From: Porphyridium purpureum
Taxonomy: Eukaryota
Direction: 5' to 3'
Length of the DNA: 64,000 nt
Assembly (NCBI GenBank): GCA_008690995.1
Contig: VRMN01000001.1
Location: 2,108,001 to 2,172,000 of the forward strand
Positions within the stretch are counted from its first letter, which is position 1, and the number at the start of each line of letters is the position of its first letter. Shown here in pieces: positions 1 to 10,674 of the stretch. A model generated the notes under the pieces. The model made no database searches. It was not told the DNA's origin and was given only the letters and a program-made list of their open reading frames with translations. Made by a program: the position numbers and the translations under genes.

Positions 1-237
1 GGCCAATCTCTTGATTCAAAATGTCGGAGGGTTGAAATTCTGGCGCGCTCAGCGCTGGTACGATGTGGCGAAGCAATCGTGCAACTTTCGTTCAGCGACG
101 ACGAACTTGGTCACGTGAGGGTACAATGTGCTGAACTCGTGCGCCTGGACTCCATTCGCACCCAATATTGGGCTTGGAGGGGTTCCGAAATGGACAAAAT
201 GAGTGGGCGAAGGACCACAACCACAGCACATTCGTAA
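1..237 (+). CDS. 3' end of protein farnesyl/geranylgeranyltransferase alpha subunit (partial, runs off the window start)
   Basis: Frame 1 is open from base 1 to TAA at 235-237. My translation contains AELVRLDSIRTQYWAWR, matching the D-x-IR-x-x-YW C-terminal motif of FNTA-type alpha subunits. Not in the supplied ORF track. Confidence 0.65.
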   Translation, partial: GQSLDSKCRRVEILARSALVRCGEAIVQLSFSDDELGHVRVQCAELVRLDSIRTQYWAWRGSEMDKMSGRRTTTTAHS

Positions 238-307
238 GGCGAAGCATCGCGATGCATCTATAGCTTAAGCTTAGATATTTGAAGCCATTCGTCGGGTCAA
301 GCGAACA

Positions 308-1678
308 CTATGTGTTGGTACTTTTGAAAAGCTGGAAGACTTTGCGCATTTGTGTTGACATCGCTAGATCTGCAAGCTTGCTTTCATGAACCCAGCGCCG
401 TGGAGTCTCCCCGCTGACCCCCAGGCTGCTGCCAAGAGCTTTCTCTGGGACTTCCACCGCCCAGACCATGACAGTTTGACGAATGTGGGAAAAGACATGC
501 ACAAAATTACCGAGAGCGCGGATCGTTGGGACTCCGGGTGTGTCCTGTAAGTCAAAGGCCTTTGGGTCGAGACCACAGCCGATCCGATTCAAGAGATCCA
601 ACAGCCGGCTATTGATATCTTCTGTCGTTGTGTTATGGTCAACAACGGCTGGGAACTCCCAAAGACCTGCAAGGAGGCCCTTGTCTGGCCGCTGTGTCAC
701 CAGGAAATGACCATCCTTGCCCACAACGATGCAGCACAGCAGTGTTTCCTCTCGCGCTTTTGCTTTTCGCGTCTTGTTCGGATACTTTAGAATAAGTGAA
801 ACATCTACTTCCGGTGCCGACTGCGCCTCTTTGTATGCACGGCACTGCGCCTGGAGAGGACATGCGGAGCATTTCGGCGCACGTGGCGTGCAGATTGTTG
901 CGCCCAAGTCCATCAAGGCCTGGTTGTAGTCGCCAGGCCGGCTTTCAAGACCCTTCATCATCTCTGTGGCGAGTTGTTGAAATAGCTTTGCCCCTTGCGT
1001 CGAGTTGGCAGCCACGTGTCCCACACACAGGAGGCGACTGATCACGCGAATCACATTCCCATCCACTGCCGCATTACATTGGTTGAAAGCAATGGAAGCA
1101 ATTGCGGCAGCCGTGTAGGGGCCGATGCCTGGAATTTTCAGAAGCTGCTCGTACGTTGTTGGTATTTGACCTTGGTGCACGTCCGTTACGTACTGCGCAC
1201 CTTCGTGGAGCATTTTTGACCTGCGGTAGTACCCCAACCCAGCCCAGACGCCATTCACCTCATCCAAACTCGCGCCAGCCAGCGCGATTACTGTTGGAAA
1301 GCGCTGCATCCATCTGGCAAAGTAATCCACCACTGTGCCAACTTGTGTTTGCTGTAACATGATCTCCGAGACCCATATTGCGTACGCGTTTGACGCGTTG
1401 CTTGCAGCTTTCTCGCCCGGCGGCGTTCGCCACGGCAAAGCTCGAAAATTCCTGTCGTACCACCCCAGCAGATTTCTCTGCACGTGATCTGCCAACCCCT
1501 GCTCCACAGAAACATCAACTGCCGACGGTACTTCAAGAGTCTTCACCTGACGGCGTTTCGCGTCTGACAAAATCTTCGACTTCTTGGCACGAGTCTGCGT
1601 CTTAGCGGGCGGCGCCTTCTTTTCTGCTGCCGTACGTACTTGGCTAGCAACTGAGCGACTTCTGGTTTGCGGTGCCAT
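308..1678 (-). CDS. MUTYH: A/G-specific adenine DNA glycosylase (MutY/MUTYH)
   Basis: WVSEIMLQQT, WAGLGYYRR, HhH motif IPGIGPYTA, VDGNVIRV, 4Fe-4S motif CTPRAPKCSACPLQAQC and a NUDIX-like C-terminus (GLLAGLWEFP). Start placed at MAPQ (1678); the ORF extends to 1756. Confidence 0.95.
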   Translation of the reverse strand: MAPQTRSRSVASQVRTAAEKKAPPAKTQTRAKKSKILSDAKRRQVKTLEVPSAVDVSVEQGLADHVQRNLLGWYDRNFRALPWRTPPGEKAASNASNAYAIWVSEIMLQQTQVGTVVDYFARWMQRFPTVIALAGASLDEVNGVWAGLGYYRRSKMLHEGAQYVTDVHQGQIPTTYEQLLKIPGIGPYTAAAIASIAFNQCNAAVDGNVIRVISRLLCVGHVAANSTQGAKLFQQLATEMMKGLESRPGDYNQALMDLGATICTPRAPKCSACPLQAQCRAYKEAQSAPEVDVSLILKYPNKTRKAKAREETLLCCIVVGKDGHFLVTQRPDKGLLAGLWEFPAVVDHNTTTEDINSRLLDLLNRIGCGLDPKAFDLQDTPGVPTIRALGNFVHVFSHIRQTVMVWAVEVPEKALGSSLGVSGETPRRWVHESKLADLAMSTQMRKVFQLFKSTNT

Positions 1679-1983
1679 ACTGTATGTTGATCTGACGAAC
1701 GCCAAGTAGAGCAAACCACTCCTGTGTCGGTACCTACTCGTGCATTGGCACAGCATCTGGCAGCACTGCGCACCAGATACGAGCCCGCACGGGAAGAAGC
1801 GCAGCGATTCGCCTTGCGCACGAGCCTTCTTTTTACCTCAGACGTGCGCACGCACAAACAAGCAACTGTGGACATGTAATGATCTTCGCAATTAGAACCG
1901 ATAAACCACTAAACCGATGGCACGAGATGGGCAATGGCGGCGGCGGGGGAGGACGCTCGAATGTGTTTGGCGTGTGCGGAAGG

Positions 1984-2727
1984 ATGGCAAGCGTGCAGAC
2001 CGGGAGGCGCTTACCACCGCTGGCGTTCGTGAGCGGTGCAGAAACGGGGTATGCACTGAACGCCGGCACGCGGACGGCACGGCGTGCGACGTGCGCGCGT
2101 GTGATCGAGTACGGCCGTTCGTGGGATCCGAGTCTGGTGCGCCATCGAGCTCGCGGACAGAGAGCGAGAAGTTGGCTGCCGTGTGTGACCGTGGTGTCCT
2201 GTAGTGAGTCGGAGGGAGATTCTGACGATGATCAGGACAGCGAAGATTGCGTGAGGCCCTTTGTGCACCCGGAGGTGGGCTATGTCTTGCAACCAGACGA
2301 GCTGCAACAAATATGGGAGGACGAGCCGGAAACCAAGCAGCTCCATGTGGTTTTGTTCGGGGCCTCACAAAGCCCGCTCTGCCGTAAGATGCTTGCAGTC
2401 TATGTGGACACCGTCAAGGGCTATGTGGTCGAAGGTGGCGATGAGCCCGGTCGGGCGCGCGGGCGCGAGCCTGGCCAGCTGATTCAGTTTTCCGTCGCCG
2501 ACCTGAGTCGCCCGCAGCTCAGAACGCTTGCAGAACGCGAGCTTGGTATTAGGACAGAATCTGCGCTAGTCGTATACTTGGACGGCGAGCTAATCGTACG
2601 CTTGCCTCTTGATGACGCCGACCTGTCGGAACTGCAGACGTATTGTGCAGGCATTGTGAGAGGGTTTGGCAAATTGCGTCAGAACTCGACAACAGAAGAC
2701 CTAGAATCGGTACAAGTCGCGACATAG
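1984..2727 (+). CDS. Atypical thioredoxin-fold protein, probably plastid-targeted
   Basis: N-terminal AFVS plus an R-rich transit-like leader. VVLFGASQSPLCRKM aligns to the Trx VVdFxAxWCgPC strand-helix with one Cys, followed by LAERELGI...LVVYLDGE. The ORF extends upstream to 1879. Confidence 0.55.
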   Translation: MASVQTGRRLPPLAFVSGAETGYALNAGTRTARRATCARVIEYGRSWDPSLVRHRARGQRARSWLPCVTVVSCSESEGDSDDDQDSEDCVRPFVHPEVGYVLQPDELQQIWEDEPETKQLHVVLFGASQSPLCRKMLAVYVDTVKGYVVEGGDEPGRARGREPGQLIQFSVADLSRPQLRTLAERELGIRTESALVVYLDGELIVRLPLDDADLSELQTYCAGIVRGFGKLRQNSTTEDLESVQVAT

Positions 2728-2791
2728 ACTACATTAATCTTCTTTTCCCGCGAGGGGGCACGCTCAGCTGGCGACGCCACGAGAACGGAAA

Positions 2792-3922
2792 TTAGTGAAA
2801 TGCAAATTTTTGGCCAGCGTCAGCTTCGTCAGCTGCACTGAGCACACGATTCAGCTCTGAAGGTGCTTGAGCCTGAGCCATCATATGCTTCTGCTCGAAC
2901 AAAAAGCGGTCCTTCGCCTTCTTGTACGTAAGCAAGCTCTCCTGGTCATCATCGCTAAACTTGAGTCCCGTGCAAATCGGACGCTTCATTCCCAGTGGGT
3001 CCAAGTTCAAAAGCGTAAAGTAGCCTGTGTGACTTGGCACGAGTTTGATCGCCTTTTGCCGATCCACAAAGCATGTCACTTCCACCTCAAGAATGTACTT
3101 GCGTACATAGACCACGCGAGCATGCATTTCGATAACATCTTCAACGAAGATGGGCTGAGTGAAAGAAAGTCGGTTCATCGTCAGTGTGAGCATGTGCTCG
3201 TTCTGCGTGAATCGCTTCCCCGCATACACGGCGGCCTGCTCCATCCACAGGAGAATGTCACCTCCGAACAGGGTTTGCGAGTGGTTCAGATTGCGAGGCA
3301 TTGACTGCTTACGGATGACCACTTTCGTCTCCGGAATCGTGAGCAGCTCCCTACGTGTGCTCATGAACGTCGACGCCTCTTCGACATCTTTTGCCTTGAG
3401 CGGGGTTCCATCGTTGGACTCCTTCTGCATATTCATCCACAGCCTGTTGAGTTTTTTGCGTTCCGCAACGAGTAGTGCGATCTCCTTGTCACTCTGCGTT
3501 TCGAGCCGGATGCGCGGAATATTCTTGTTCGGACGGCGTGTCTCTGGGTCCAGCGCGACCATGACAATAAACGACTCTGTCGTTTTGATAAATTGGCGCG
3601 TCTGTATGTCGTGCTTGTAGCACGAACAGTAAACGGTCATGGACGACGATCCAGTTTCCACGACGCGTGCTTCCACGCGCACAAGATCCATATGGCTGAC
3701 CGGCGCAAAAAGCTCAACCTTATCAAAAGATACTGTGGCCACCATGCCGCCCACGTGCATCCACGCGACCCGGCCTGCGCACACATCCATGAGATCCAGA
3801 ATCGCGCCGGTGCTCAGCATGCCACCGGCGGTAGTCGTGTAGCGATCGCCAAGGATGTCAGCCAGAAAAGTGGCAGACTCCGCCGGCGTCTTCTCATGAA
3901 TCACCACCTCGCGCCCTTCCAT
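2792..3922 (-). CDS. Double hot-dog acyl-CoA thioesterase
   Basis: Two hot-dog repeats: GAILDLMDVCAG...VATVSFDKVELFAPV and NHSQTLFGGDILLWMEQAA...LSFTQPIFVEDV. First ATG is at 3922; the frame stays open upstream. Confidence 0.88.
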   Translation of the reverse strand: MEGREVVIHEKTPAESATFLADILGDRYTTTAGGMLSTGAILDLMDVCAGRVAWMHVGGMVATVSFDKVELFAPVSHMDLVRVEARVVETGSSSMTVYCSCYKHDIQTRQFIKTTESFIVMVALDPETRRPNKNIPRIRLETQSDKEIALLVAERKKLNRLWMNMQKESNDGTPLKAKDVEEASTFMSTRRELLTIPETKVVIRKQSMPRNLNHSQTLFGGDILLWMEQAAVYAGKRFTQNEHMLTLTMNRLSFTQPIFVEDVIEMHARVVYVRKYILEVEVTCFVDRQKAIKLVPSHTGYFTLLNLDPLGMKRPICTGLKFSDDDQESLLTYKKAKDRFLFEQKHMMAQAQAPSELNRVLSAADEADAGQKFAFH

Positions 3923-4344
3923 TTTTCTAGCCGTCTCGCCCACAGCGACGCACTTCCAAGGACCTGAAAAGAAAACCTCAGCGCTTGGCTTGCTGATACA
4001 CTTTCGTCTCCTCCCCAATGGAACGGCTTCCTTCCTCCTTCTCCCTGCGTGTCCGACCAGCTGCCTTCTTTTGTAGAGCTTCTGACTGTGCGAAGGTATG
4101 AAGCCGATGGGCAGCAGGCCGCCTTTTTCTGGACATGCGGCTGTTCGAGGCCCGTGACCGCAGCACGGCAGTGCGGAGCTCCTCTTCCGCTCACGCGAGC
4201 CAGAGCAGCGGCTCAGTTCCACACGGGTTTCCGTTTCTTCTCGCTCAGATGGCGGTACAGTGCTAAAGTGTACCCCAATGGATGTGCAGTATGTGGGTAC
4301 AGTGTTCTTGAGGACTTGCAGCGGTGCGACGGCGCGGGGTCGGA

Positions 4345-5013
4345 ATGAGGGGCCGCGACGAAGATCACGCGGCGATGGATTGGGACGAGGAGCTGCGGCT
4401 GAGTGCGCGGTACGGAGAGTTGGCCGAGCTGCTCGAAGCGCTGGAAAATGGCGCGCAGGTCGACTGCTGTGATGCGCTGACGCGCAATACCGCGCTTCAT
4501 TACGCGAGCGCGAACGGACACGTGCAGCTTGTGCGGGAGCTTCTGCAGCACGCCGCGAATCCCAATGCAGTCAATGAGCACTTGAATACTGCGCTGCACT
4601 GGAGCGCGCAGAATGGACATACTGACGTGGTGTCAGAGCTGCTCCATGCCGGCGCCAAGAGGGCGATCGAGAATGCGTTTGGGCGTACGCCGCTTGATGA
4701 GGCCGACTTGAGAGGGTTTGTAGACATTAAGCGTATCCTCATGGAATACGCAGAAGCGCATCCACAACAGACCGAACGCGAGGCGCCCGGTGGAGAAGGC
4801 AAAGTCCGTGACCTCCGTTCGTCCGAATCCAGTGAGACATCGGATTCCTCAGACAGTGAAGTGCCAAGCCCAAGGCACGACGCAGGTGGTACCGTCTTGC
4901 CCGAAACAAGCGGCACCAGCGGTGCCGGCGGTGGCTCGGGCGGTAATGCAGGTGATGCTCAGAAAGACCTTGATCCGAATGATACAGCGTTCACGACGAT
5001 CGAGCGCCCGTGA
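4345..5013 (+). CDS. Ankyrin-repeat protein (YAR1-like) with acidic tail
   Basis: ARYGE, NTALHYASANGH, NTALHWSAQNGH and GRTPLDEA ankyrin repeats. Confidence 0.85.
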   Translation: MRGRDEDHAAMDWDEELRLSARYGELAELLEALENGAQVDCCDALTRNTALHYASANGHVQLVRELLQHAANPNAVNEHLNTALHWSAQNGHTDVVSELLHAGAKRAIENAFGRTPLDEADLRGFVDIKRILMEYAEAHPQQTEREAPGGEGKVRDLRSSESSETSDSSDSEVPSPRHDAGGTVLPETSGTSGAGGGSGGNAGDAQKDLDPNDTAFTTIERP

Positions 5014-5096
5014 GTGATGATGGACACCAAAAGAGACTACTTCTTCGCACGCAAAATAGTCAAGGTTACAAACAGCGAGTTTTGAGTTTTCTTCTC

Positions 5097-6071
5097 CTAT
5101 TCGTACGCACGATTAAAATACTCGGGGTCAAATGTATGTAAGCGAACATATCCTTCTTCAGCACCGCTGGCGAACTGCTTACCATTCGGCGAGAAAGAGA
5201 GCGTGTTGATCGGGCCGAAATGGCCTCGTACCCGTCCCAACTCTGTCTGGTACGCGACGTGATACAGAATGGCCTCGAAACCACCGCGCGCGGCGGAGGT
5301 AGTTGTGACCTGATCTGCGGCTTGACCGCCTCCCAGCAGGACGTGTGGCAGCAAAGGAGATATGGACGCCGAGTACACTGGGGTCTCCTTTTTGTACACT
5401 TTGAGCACCTCCATACTTCTTACGTCGACCAACTTTGCAGTCATGTCTGTCGAGGCTGTGATGAAGTGTGCATACATGTTCCCCCACTGCATGTCGTGAA
5501 TCTTTTCGGTATGCAGTTGCGCGCGGTGGATCAAGGAGCCGGTTTCGGCGTCGTACTTGCTCACCGAACCGTCTTCCGATGCCGCGAGGAAGAATTCGCC
5601 TGTAGGATACCACAAGATACGCACCACGTTTTCTTTGAATCCAGTGATTTCCATGGGTGACGCGCCGCCCGCGACGGCGTTCGGCTCGGAAATGCGACTC
5701 ACCTGGACTTTGACCTCTTCCTGCTTGTACTTCACCTGCGACACAGACATGACCTGCTCGTCCGGCCCGAACGCCACAGCGCGAATCGGAGCCTGGTATT
5801 CCCACGTCTGCAAGCACGTGCCGCTCGCGGCGTCCCAGAGCTTGGCAGTGGCATCGGCCGAGCCTGTGAGGAGCCGTGTGCTATCCCAGTTAATATCCAT
5901 TCCCCAAATCGAGCCATTATGCCCGACATATGTGCCAATCCGCTCCCCCGTCGACGAGAAAAAAACATTGCACACCTTGTCCTTTGCCGCGGTGAACAAG
6001 AGATCACCCTCTCGGTTGAACTTGACCATGGTCAAGGGGCGCTCATGGCCCTTCAAAATCATCGGTCTCAT
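5097..6071 (-). CDS. EIF3I: Eukaryotic translation initiation factor 3 subunit I (WD40)
   Basis: Diagnostic N-terminus MRPMILKGHERPLTMVKFNREGDLLF and C-terminus GHFGPINTLSFSPNGKQFASGAEEGYVRLH. Confidence 0.96.
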   Translation of the reverse strand: MRPMILKGHERPLTMVKFNREGDLLFTAAKDKVCNVFFSSTGERIGTYVGHNGSIWGMDINWDSTRLLTGSADATAKLWDAASGTCLQTWEYQAPIRAVAFGPDEQVMSVSQVKYKQEEVKVQVSRISEPNAVAGGASPMEITGFKENVVRILWYPTGEFFLAASEDGSVSKYDAETGSLIHRAQLHTEKIHDMQWGNMYAHFITASTDMTAKLVDVRSMEVLKVYKKETPVYSASISPLLPHVLLGGGQAADQVTTTSAARGGFEAILYHVAYQTELGRVRGHFGPINTLSFSPNGKQFASGAEEGYVRLHTFDPEYFNRAYE

Positions 6072-6354
6072 GGCGATGAAGAGGTAGACGATCCCTGACA
6101 AAGCAACCGCGTTCGCACGGATCGTACGTACTACCCTCTGTGTGTATGTGTGTGTATTTGTGTGCTTTCCTCGTTTCGCCTTCGTCTTCAGCTCCCGTGG
6201 TAAACGGCGAAGTTCCCCAAACCAAAGCACCCAACCTTTTCCCGCAGCGCCCGTCGCTTGCGCACGCCCTAGCTCGTCGCCCGACGGGCGTCCCAAGCGA
6301 GCTAGGGTTGTCATAGTTAATTAATCATTATTATTTAATGTATTGACAAATTAA

Positions 6355-7776
6355 TTAAATAAGTGCTGAGTGACTTGCACACAAGGCGCTGAGCGTGCTG
6401 GTGCAGGTGAGGAAAGAAGGACGCTGCGCTGGGTCCGCGTGCCACATGCACGCAATCAGCTCTCGAATGGCAGGCGGAATGCGCGCCACTTCAGGGACCG
6501 CATCCGCGCCGTCAGTGTCCGGACAGGTAAGTGGCAGTCGGTTACCTTCAAGCACCCGGTACATGATCGTGGCGGCCGGTACATGCTCCCACGCCTTGCG
6601 GTGGGTGAACAGCTCCCACAGTACCACGCCAAACGCAAACACGTCTGCTGCTGGCGTGGCTGCCGCCCCAACCATGACTTCAGGCGCCATGGTCTGCACT
6701 GTTCCAATGATTCGATTGTCGAGCGCGACCTCGTCCTCCGGAACGCTCAGTCCAAAGTCTGAGATGACGACACGGTCCGCCCTAGCATCCACCAAGATGT
6801 TATCTGATTTGAGGTCGCGATGCAGCAGCGGTACGCTTCGAGAATGCAGATAAAGCATGCCGCGCGCACACTTGAGCGCAATTTGCAGCGACGTGACAGG
6901 GTCGAAAGCGTTCTGTTCCAACCAGTTGGACAGGGAGCCGCCCGTGAACAGCTCGCTTACTATGCAAAGCGGGTGTTCAACGTCATTGCATACCACGCCC
7001 ATGTATAACAGCACATTTGGGTGGCGCAGGCTGCTCATTACTTGGCACTCGGCAAGCAGCATTTCATGGATGCGCCCTGCGCGCCGTGCCGAGCTCCGCA
7101 CGTCCGTGTTGAACATCTTGATAGCCACCGGCATGTGCAACCACTCACCGGCGTGCACCGTGGCGTGCGCACCTGTGCCGATAACTTCCTTCACGACCAG
7201 GTCATTGTAAGAGATGGCAAAGGACCTGTCTATCTGCGAATGTACGGATTCAAGTGAGGAGGACCGCTTCTGAAGCAGAAAATAATCACCAGCGGCAACC
7301 GAACCGTCGCGGCTAGTGCTCAGCTCGATAGACCCGTCGGCATCCAAGTCAAGGCTCACCTCATCCTCGTCGTCATTATCAGGCCAATCTTCGTCTGCGC
7401 TGGTGCTGGATATGATAGAAGGGCACTCATGCTCCTTCACCTCACCATGCGCATTTTCATTCGAATCAGGCACGCTGATGCCGAGCCTATCAAACTCGAT
7501 CTGAAGAAGTTTGCGCTCCCCCTCATTCTGCACTCTGGCGCCGCACAGCTCCGACAGTTGCGCCAGCCACTGGCGTACGGAGGGCGAGCGCGACGCCCAG
7601 CTCATGAACTCTTCCAAATCTCGGGGGTCCGCGCTCGCACCACGGCTGCTCTCCGGCTCAGAAGCATGGCGCGATGTGCACGCAGCCTGTGTTCCATATT
7701 CTGGTACTTGAATGGCCATTGTTCCTGGCTGCTCCATGTTTACTGCCAACGAATGACTTAATCGGCACCACCTCAC
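6355..7776 (-). CDS. TKL (Raf/MAP3K-like) Ser/Thr protein kinase
   Basis: IGTGAHATV, VAIK, LRHPNVLLYMG, HRDLKSDN, DFGLS, MAPE, DVFAFGVVLWEL, RPSF. The true start is uncertain. Confidence 0.9.
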   Translation of the reverse strand: MRWCRLSHSLAVNMEQPGTMAIQVPEYGTQAACTSRHASEPESSRGASADPRDLEEFMSWASRSPSVRQWLAQLSELCGARVQNEGERKLLQIEFDRLGISVPDSNENAHGEVKEHECPSIISSTSADEDWPDNDDEDEVSLDLDADGSIELSTSRDGSVAAGDYFLLQKRSSSLESVHSQIDRSFAISYNDLVVKEVIGTGAHATVHAGEWLHMPVAIKMFNTDVRSSARRAGRIHEMLLAECQVMSSLRHPNVLLYMGVVCNDVEHPLCIVSELFTGGSLSNWLEQNAFDPVTSLQIALKCARGMLYLHSRSVPLLHRDLKSDNILVDARADRVVISDFGLSVPEDEVALDNRIIGTVQTMAPEVMVGAAATPAADVFAFGVVLWELFTHRKAWEHVPAATIMYRVLEGNRLPLTCPDTDGADAVPEVARIPPAIRELIACMWHADPAQRPSFLTCTSTLSALCASHSALI

Positions 7777-9507
7777 GCTCTTCCACCTCGATCATGCCAT
7801 CGCGCTATATATGCTCAGCCCAGAGTCGCGCGAGTTCTTCCGTTTCGTGGCGAACATGAGCAGTTTGGTGTTGCTGGCATTTCCACGAATCCCCATCAAA
7901 ACTGCCTATGCACGCAGCGTGCGTCCATACCCCGCTCAACTCCGATTTTCTCGCAGAAAATAAGGAAGGGGATAGCGTGCGCTGGCAGACTGGCCAGCTG
8001 GCTCGCTGTAATGGTGGGTGAATTTTATAGCAGAAGTATCGCTGGTATCGATGCTGTTGGATTCGATACTTGACGTGACGGCGCCAGCAGCGACAAAACG
8101 GTCGGCAATTGAGCTGGAAACAGACCCAGAACCAAAGCCAGAAGAAGAACCAGAACTGGAAGTTGTGGTTTGTTCGCTGCTTGCACGAGTCGGACGTTGT
8201 TCCAGACCAGTGAGTCTGCGTTCACCCCTGTTCGCGAGGACCTTAACCGATGAACCGAACGAGGCGCGCCATACACGCTAATGACACCACATGAACGGTG
8301 TACTTGGGACCGAGCGTGCAGGAATACAGCATTATAATGACATCACGGGACTGACTATTTAGGGTTGCGCTTCGTAAGTGTGTGAGCGAAGATTCACCTC
8401 AATCGCGAGCGCGCAACGCTGATTGATGGACTCACGGCTCATTTCTGAACACAGGGAGTTTGGGCCTCTGCCCATCCGCAGTGCAACTCGCTCGTTTTAG
8501 TGTGCCCCGTGCCCCTACACGAGTTGTGTCGTCTTCTGTAAGGGGCCGGTGGTCGCGCCTCCTGCTGAGCCGATGTCGCGACAATGAGTTTGAAATCTTC
8601 CGAGCCGTTCTTTCAGAAGCCGGGGCCTGGACGCGTGCGACCGCACTTTCTAAATGTACACGCATCGGTGCTGCTTGTCTCGCGTGCTGGTTCATATATA
8701 ATGGCCATTCACAGTTATTGCGCGTTCGTGCGTCCGTTGGCCGTCGCGACTTTCTCCAGTTTCTGAGCATCTCAGCATCATCTATCACCTCTCGTGAACA
8801 GAGTGGACAAAGTATCTGGTGCGCATAGAGATGCGTCGGCCCAATCCTTTTCTTTTCGCACTTTCTTTTCCATTACCCTGCTACACGCTATTTCCACATT
8901 CCAGATGCCGTGTCCCAGCCATTCCTGGACTTTGACAGACCCCAGTGTTTCTGCCCGTCCATTCCTCAAGGATCGTTTCACTCGATGCACAAGAGGGTGC
9001 ATTCGCTCCGGGGCCTTCACAGGATCTCAAACAATTCCCGTTTACTGGCGGCTGTGTCGCCAGGTGCCCCTTTCGTTTCGTAGAATCGGGCGAGTTGGAT
9101 CCCGTCAAGAGTTCACCTCTCGTTCCCAAAGGAAGTACCTACATTTTTTGGACAACGTACTCACTTTCATCGTCCTTCTCACGCCTTTAATACGGTGTTC
9201 ACTCCAATCTCTTCGCTCTCAATTCCTCGGCATCGGGCGTCGTAGATACAGTCATCTTTTCACGTAGGAGGAACCCGGTAATTCAAAGGCAGTCACCTAC
9301 GCCAAGTTGAGTGGCACAGGACTGTTTGTCAGGGGATAGCCGGGACAAAAACCATTTACGTGTGTTAATTGTGGATAGCCGCACACCGACTACAGCAAAC
9401 CGTAAACGCAAAAAAACCCAAGCCAAAAGTAGTAAGGGTGGAAGTAGTGGTACGAGGAGCAGGCAGCATTGCGGCACTTTGCAAGTGCTATCTACCCAAA
9501 TATCGGC

Positions 9508-10674
9508 TTACACAAACTGCCAAATAATGCAGGGGAACACTGTCTCGCAGTCAGCTGGGTCACGGCACTCGCCCTCGAATGAAGCGCACTCGCGGCCGGC
9601 GCCATCCGACGGAATCACAATCGGGAATGGCGCAGACTCGCACGGAGTGCTGCCTTCACCCTCAACGCAGCCAGATTCAACCTCGCAGTCAAGGAACGAA
9701 GCCAGATCAGCGAAGCGACGAGCAGCACCGGTGCCTGGATCGCGGAAGACCACGTTGGTGGTGTTCTCAGCGCCGAGCTCACCGTTAGCGCCGGTAAGAA
9801 TGTTGACAAATGAAAAGATGCCAGTGCGAGAGTCCTGAGAAATCAAGTCACCAGCTCCGTCAAAGGCCAACTGATCCGCCGTCGCGAAACCCGTGAGGCC
9901 CTCGTCGGTTTGCGCGGGAACATTGTCCGAGTGGATCAAAGCGTAGTCATAGATTCCTGCAGGGCCCACATTGAAGTCAATGGAGAAGAAGAATTTGTCG
10001 GAGCCCTGAACACGGATAGACGAGGCATAGAGAATACGTTCACAATTGAACGCCATGTCCCCACCTCTGAAACGAACGTTCAGATCGCCCACGGCACCAC
10101 CCCCAGTCGTGTCACGGAACAGAATCACATTGCGGGTCTGGACCACCTGACCGGTTGCTCGGCTGAGTGTGCTGAGGACCAGCGTCATTGGAGTGGCGAC
10201 CTCGCGGATGTACGTGTAAATGTAACCGATCTGATCGAACGAAGCACCGTTGATAACCGGATCAGGCAACATCTGCACGTAAATAACTCGCGGCTGCATC
10301 GGGTTCGCGGTAGAGAGATAGCACAAACGCGCCTGCGTCGCTGTCGGCAGGTTGTCGTCCCATGCGACGAAGAAAAGGCGGTTCACAGCGTCGTTGGCCA
10401 ACGCGTTTGGAGCCGACGGGTTCAGCGCACCTCCAGTGCCGATAAGGCCGAAGCAACGCTCGTCGACAAACTCAGTTCCACGGTTGGCATTCATACCAAA
10501 AATGAGCGTAATGGAGCCATCAATGATCGGGAGCGTGGTGTTGATCAGGAAAAAATCCTTGTTCGCACCAACTTCCACACCGTAAATCACACCGGCGTTC
10601 AACTCGTTCTGCGCCTTCACCATCGCCACCATCGCCACAAGGGCGAGGGCGAATGCCACTACCATGCGAGCCAT
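9508..10674 (-). CDS. Secreted protein of unknown function (signal peptide, beta-rich body, Cys-rich C-terminus)
   Basis: MARMVVAFALALVAMVAMVKA signal peptide, coding-like composition, GDMAF and DQLAFDG propeller-like motifs, and seven Cys in the last ~60 aa. Confidence 0.7.
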   Translation of the reverse strand: MARMVVAFALALVAMVAMVKAQNELNAGVIYGVEVGANKDFFLINTTLPIIDGSITLIFGMNANRGTEFVDERCFGLIGTGGALNPSAPNALANDAVNRLFFVAWDDNLPTATQARLCYLSTANPMQPRVIYVQMLPDPVINGASFDQIGYIYTYIREVATPMTLVLSTLSRATGQVVQTRNVILFRDTTGGGAVGDLNVRFRGGDMAFNCERILYASSIRVQGSDKFFFSIDFNVGPAGIYDYALIHSDNVPAQTDEGLTGFATADQLAFDGAGDLISQDSRTGIFSFVNILTGANGELGAENTTNVVFRDPGTGAARRFADLASFLDCEVESGCVEGEGSTPCESAPFPIVIPSDGAGRECASFEGECRDPADCETVFPCIIWQFV

